DNA of 64,000 nucleotides from a bacterium. GTDB lineage: Bacteria > UBA8248. Positions within the stretch are counted from its first letter, which is position 1. Each line of letters begins with the position of its first letter. Both the position numbers and the translations under genes were made by a program. Below are positions 60,310 through 64,000 of the stretch, in pieces. The notes beneath the pieces are model-generated. The model worked only from the letters and a program-made list of their open reading frames with translations, searched no databases and was not told the origin of the DNA. The stretch lies in NCBI GenBank assembly GCA_965199855.1, contig OZ241326.1:2848001-2912000 (forward strand), read 5' to 3'.

Positions 60310-60321
60310 GGGGGGGGGGGG
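60310..60321 (+). repeat. G12 homopolymer upstream of the surface lipoprotein gene
   Basis: ccggatatc-G12-actttac, 44-53 nt before the candidate ATGs. Confidence 0.85.
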
Positions 60322-60373
60322 ACTTTACTGTGCTGAGCAATCCGCTCGGGAGGAGACGCCGAACATGCCACGA

Positions 60374-62728
60374 ATGAGGAAGTTCATCTACGCTTTCGCG
60401 CTCGCCGCCGTCCTGGCGTTGGGGGCGTGCTCCAGCGACAGAAGAACGAAATACATCGAAAGGCCGGCGGCGGCACCCGCGCAGACGGCCGCGCAGACCA
60501 GCCTGAACGAGGCGGAGGAGGCGCGCGCCGCCCTCGTCCGGGCCCAGGCCGCCCTGACCGCGGCGCAGGCGAGGCAGGCGGAAGCCGAAGCCGCCCTTCG
60601 GGACGCGCAGGCGGCGCTCAACGCGGCCAGCGCGCGGGTGACGGCGGCGGAGACCGCGCTGGCGGCGCAGACGCAGGGGACGCCCGAGTACGCGGCGGCG
60701 CAGACGGCGCTGACCGCGGCGCAGACGGCGCTGACCGCGGCGCGGACGGCGCGGACGCAAGCCGCGGCGAGCCTGACGACGGCGCGGGCGGCGTTCGTCT
60801 CGGCGCAGCGGCAGGAGGAGACGGCGCGGGCGGCGTTGACGGCGGCGGCGACCGCGGCGCGGCAGGCGGCGGGAACCGCCTCGGAGCGCGCGGCGGCGCA
60901 GGCGCAGGTGGACGCGGCGGCGGCGGGCGCGGCGCGGACGGCGCTCGAGACGGCGCGCGCGGAGACGGAGATCGCGCGCACGGCGCTGGCGCAGGCGGCG
61001 ACGGACGAGGCGAGGGCGACCGCCCGCGCGGCGCTGGCGGCCGCGCTCGTTGCGGAAAGGGCGGCCGTCGAGGCCCTCCTGACGGCGGCGCGGACGGCGC
61101 TGGCCTCGGCGGGCACGGCCGCGCAGAGGACGGCGGCGCAGACCCAGGTGGACGCGGCGCAGGCGGCCGACGCGGGGCTTCCCTGGGCGACGGAGGCGCC
61201 GCTCGCGCCCGCCGCCGCGCGGTTCGTGGCGAGGGGCGAGGCGCGAATCACCGGAACCCCGCGTACCGACACCGGCGAGGAGGGGTGGAAGAAGCTCGCC
61301 ATAGCGACGGAGGGCGTCCCTTGGGCGGAGGGCAGGAAGCTGCTGGACGAGAACGGCTTCGACGCGTCGGACGAGCTGCCCCTGCGGGCGATTACCCTGC
61401 GCGCGGCGGGAAGGCACCCCATCAAGATCCAGGGCGACGACGGCACGCCGACCTCGTATTCCAACACCGACGGCGTCCTGCTGAGCTCGATCCGGCTCAC
61501 GCGGGACGGCCTCGAGCTGAAGTTCGGCGGCGAAGGCGTTGTCTATTACGACATGCAGCGGCAGTTCAACTACTTCAAGGACATCAACACGCCCAACCAC
61601 GGCGACTGGTGGCGCTACGGCCCGGACGGGAAGCTGGGCGACGCGAGCGCGGCGGCGGGCCAGACCATCACCGCCTCCCACGCCAGAGACCTGGGGCTGG
61701 CGTCGGCGGGCGGGACGCTGACGGCGCAACAGGCGACCGCGCTCCAGGGCTACGCGACGGACAACGCCGGCGCCTGCTGGCGGGCCGCCCTCTCCGATTG
61801 CGGCGACTGGGCGCACGACGACATCACCATCGCCTTCGGCAGGCCGTCGCAGTCGCCCCAGGGCGAGGCGGCGCACCATTGGAAGGTTCAGGCGCCGTTC
61901 ACGCAGCTGCAGCGCGCCACGGGCCTCCCTGACAATATCGGGACCGACGGTCGGCCGCAGGAGATAGGCACCTACGAGCTGTGGCTGTCGAACTACGCCG
62001 GTCTGGATACGGGCGCGGACGCGGACGACGCGAGCGACGACTCGCACCGCTACCTCCGCTACGCGGCCTACGGCCTGTTCACGTTCTTCGACGCCGTCGT
62101 GCAAACGCCGAACTTCGTCCGCCCGCAGGCGTTCGCCGTCGGCTACGACGCCTTCAGGGACGCGAGCGGCATGAGGACGACGGACGTCTCGACCTCCATC
62201 GCCGCCACCTTCAGCGGCCACACCATGGCGCGGCATCTGGTCGGCGACGGCAGCGCGACTCACGTCGTAATTACCGGCATGACGCCGCTCAGGGGCGACA
62301 TCGCGCTCAACGCCTGCATCGGCGGAAGCGGATGCTCGGGCGCCGGAATCCCCACGACCGCCAACGCGATCAGCGGCTCGATCTCCAACCTCCAGCAGCT
62401 GCGGCACGACGGGGTGTGGGTACCCCTCCGCTACGGCACCATCCCGATGTTGGAGGGTACGATCGCCGCCGACGGCAGCTTCAAGGGCGCGCTCGACTAC
62501 CCGAGACAGTCTGACGGCACCATCAATTCCTGGCACTACAACAGCGGCGCGCCGGGGGAGGGCGGCACATCCCGGTACGGCGGCAACTTCTACGGCCCCA
62601 AAAACGCCCTGGAAGCCGCGGGCTGGTGGTACGTGCAACCCGACGACCGGTCGGATGCAAGAACGGCGGGGCGCAGCGCGATCATCGGCAGCTTCGGCGC
62701 CAAATGCGCGCGGGGCTGCTCGCCCTAG
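60374..62728 (+). CDS. Surface lipoprotein: Ala-rich coiled-coil stalk plus TbpB/HpuA-like C-terminal barrel (Slam substrate)
   Basis: MRKFIYAFALAAVLALGA-C lipobox (alternative ATG at 60365); about 230 aa of Ala/Thr/Gln helical repeats; C-terminal 'YGGNFYGPKNALEAAGWWYV...IIGSFGAK'. Confidence 0.82.
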   Translation: MRKFIYAFALAAVLALGACSSDRRTKYIERPAAAPAQTAAQTSLNEAEEARAALVRAQAALTAAQARQAEAEAALRDAQAALNAASARVTAAETALAAQTQGTPEYAAAQTALTAAQTALTAARTARTQAAASLTTARAAFVSAQRQEETARAALTAAATAARQAAGTASERAAAQAQVDAAAAGAARTALETARAETEIARTALAQAATDEARATARAALAAALVAERAAVEALLTAARTALASAGTAAQRTAAQTQVDAAQAADAGLPWATEAPLAPAAARFVARGEARITGTPRTDTGEEGWKKLAIATEGVPWAEGRKLLDENGFDASDELPLRAITLRAAGRHPIKIQGDDGTPTSYSNTDGVLLSSIRLTRDGLELKFGGEGVVYYDMQRQFNYFKDINTPNHGDWWRYGPDGKLGDASAAAGQTITASHARDLGLASAGGTLTAQQATALQGYATDNAGACWRAALSDCGDWAHDDITIAFGRPSQSPQGEAAHHWKVQAPFTQLQRATGLPDNIGTDGRPQEIGTYELWLSNYAGLDTGADADDASDDSHRYLRYAAYGLFTFFDAVVQTPNFVRPQAFAVGYDAFRDASGMRTTDVSTSIAATFSGHTMARHLVGDGSATHVVITGMTPLRGDIALNACIGGSGCSGAGIPTTANAISGSISNLQQLRHDGVWVPLRYGTIPMLEGTIAADGSFKGALDYPRQSDGTINSWHYNSGAPGEGGTSRYGGNFYGPKNALEAAGWWYVQPDDRSDARTAGRSAIIGSFGAKCARGCSP

Positions 62729-63008
62729 ACGGCGGAGAGCGCCTGACCGCCTCATCCGCGGAATCGGGAACTTTGGAAACGCCCGGCGGGGACGGGCACC
62801 GCGCCCGTCCCCGCGGATGAGGGGCGAAGGACGCCTGCGGCGGGCCCGGACGATTTCTCCGGGCGGCGGGGCGGCGTTCCGCAGGGGCGGACGGGAGCCG
62901 GGCCCGACCTCCTTTGAGCGGGTCGTATAAGAGCGGCCCGTTTCTGATCACTTCGGGCGCGGCTCTCTGAGGTCGCCTTCAGGAGGCCCCGATGGCGAGC
63001 GGAATTCC

Positions 63009-64000
63009 ATGAGGATTTCCGGGGCTTTTCGCGCGGCGGCCGCGACCCTCGCGCTCATGCTTTTTCCGCTCGCGCCCGCCTTCGCCGAGGAAGGGGCGGC
63101 GCTCGACCCGGCCGCCGTGGTGGCGCGCGCGAAGAAGATGATATTCGCGGGAAAGCCGCTGGACGCCCTTGACCTCCTGCGGCCCCTGGCGGAGCTCGAG
63201 CCGGACAACACGGACGCCCATTTCTTCCGGGGCATGGCGGCGCTCGCCGCGGCCCGCCTGCCGAAGGGCGCCCCCGACGCGCCGGCCGGCGAGAAGGCCC
63301 GCCGGAAGCTGCGCGACGAGGCGGTGGAGAGCTACCGCCGCATTCTCCGGCGCAGGCCCGGCCTGGCCGGCGGGCGTCTGCGGCTCGCCCAGTCGCTCTT
63401 CGAGCGGGGGCGCTGTCTGAGGGAGCCCGAAGACCTCCTCGAGCATCTGTTCGGCGACGACTGCGACGCGGCGGCGCACCACTTCCGCCGCGCCCTGGCG
63501 GGCCGCCTGCCCGACAAGGTCGCGGACGCGGTCGCCCGCTACCTCGCCGTCGTCCAGGCGCGCAAGCGGGTTTCGGGGCATTTCAGCATGGCGTTCGCCC
63601 CCGACAGCAACGTCAACGCCGGAACCGACGCCAAAACTTTCCGCCTGCGCTGGCTGCCGCTCGAGTTCAAGATCAACGAGGACGCGCGCAAGACCTCGGG
63701 CGCAGGGGTCGTCGTCTCCGCGTCGGGGGACTACCGCCATCCCCTGAAGCTCGAACCCCTCCCCCGCATGATGACCCGGCTTCGGGTGGGCGGCGGCTTT
63801 CACCGGCGCGAATACGACCACAGCGCCTTCGACGACATGACGGCCTTCCTCCACGCGGGGCCGGAGGCGCTCTTTCCGCGCGGGCGCGTGAGCCTGCTGG
63901 GCCGCGCCGAGCGCCGCTGGTACGCCGGGGAGCCGATATCCTACGGCCTCGGGGCGCGGCTCGAAGGCGTCCTGCGCGTCGGCCGCCGCCTGTGGCTCGG
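63009..64000 (+). CDS. Slam / type XI secretion outer-membrane exporter (TPR + DUF560 barrel), 3' truncated
   Basis: Absent from the ORF track because it has no stop in the window. My translation: MRISGAFRAAAATLALMLFPLAPAFA signal, TPR 'PDNTDAHFFRGMAAL', 'RLRLAQSLF', barrel start 'SGHFSMAFAPDSNVNAGT'. Confidence 0.82.
   Translation, partial: MRISGAFRAAAATLALMLFPLAPAFAEEGAALDPAAVVARAKKMIFAGKPLDALDLLRPLAELEPDNTDAHFFRGMAALAAARLPKGAPDAPAGEKARRKLRDEAVESYRRILRRRPGLAGGRLRLAQSLFERGRCLREPEDLLEHLFGDDCDAAAHHFRRALAGRLPDKVADAVARYLAVVQARKRVSGHFSMAFAPDSNVNAGTDAKTFRLRWLPLEFKINEDARKTSGAGVVVSASGDYRHPLKLEPLPRMMTRLRVGGGFHRREYDHSAFDDMTAFLHAGPEALFPRGRVSLLGRAERRWYAGEPISYGLGARLEGVLRVGRRLWL

Overview
A 64-kb chromosomal window from a very GC-rich Gram-negative bacterium. 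The gene content (class-V aminotransferase-serA-hisZ-purA block, four LLM oxidoreductases, TRAP transporter, UbiD enzymes) would fit a Nitrospinota/Tectomicrobia-like or deltaproteobacterial-type organism; this is inference only. In order it carries: (1) a TonB-dependent corrinoid/heme-type uptake operon (1-4938), separated from ybaN by a single-chain Type IIG/ISP-like restriction-modification gene; (2) a ~21-kb catabolic region (9.0-30.4 kb) with a xanthine-dehydrogenase-family Mo enzyme, cysteine-synthase-like enzyme, M20 deacylase, CoA-transferase, two UbiD decarboxylases, a cyclase, a TAXI-TRAP transporter, an M24 hydrolase and three LLM enzymes; (3) tRNA-Ala(GGC), ORF6N, DUF362 and tauE; (4) a large autotransporter with a (CCGACTCA)25 tract at its 5' end, set between REP clusters; (5) ccdA, purA, hisZ, serA and the aminotransferase; (6) a NYN RNase with a structured leader, and a RAYT transposase; (7) a porin and two inverted DUF1640/CCDC90 cassettes enclosing FG-GAP, TMTC-like, TPP riboswitch-thiC, LLM and DUF192 genes; (8) a stalked TbpB-like surface lipoprotein and its Slam (type XI) exporter, truncated at the window end. 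The best candidates for undescribed systems are a minimal GIY-YIG nuclease bracketed by perfect 28-bp CGTC-type REP inverted repeats (possible mobiliser of that REP family), a promoter-structured RNA-terminator-NYN RNase module with a type III toxin-antitoxin-like layout, and the inverted DUF1640 cassettes. All calls come from reading motifs by eye; no searches were run.
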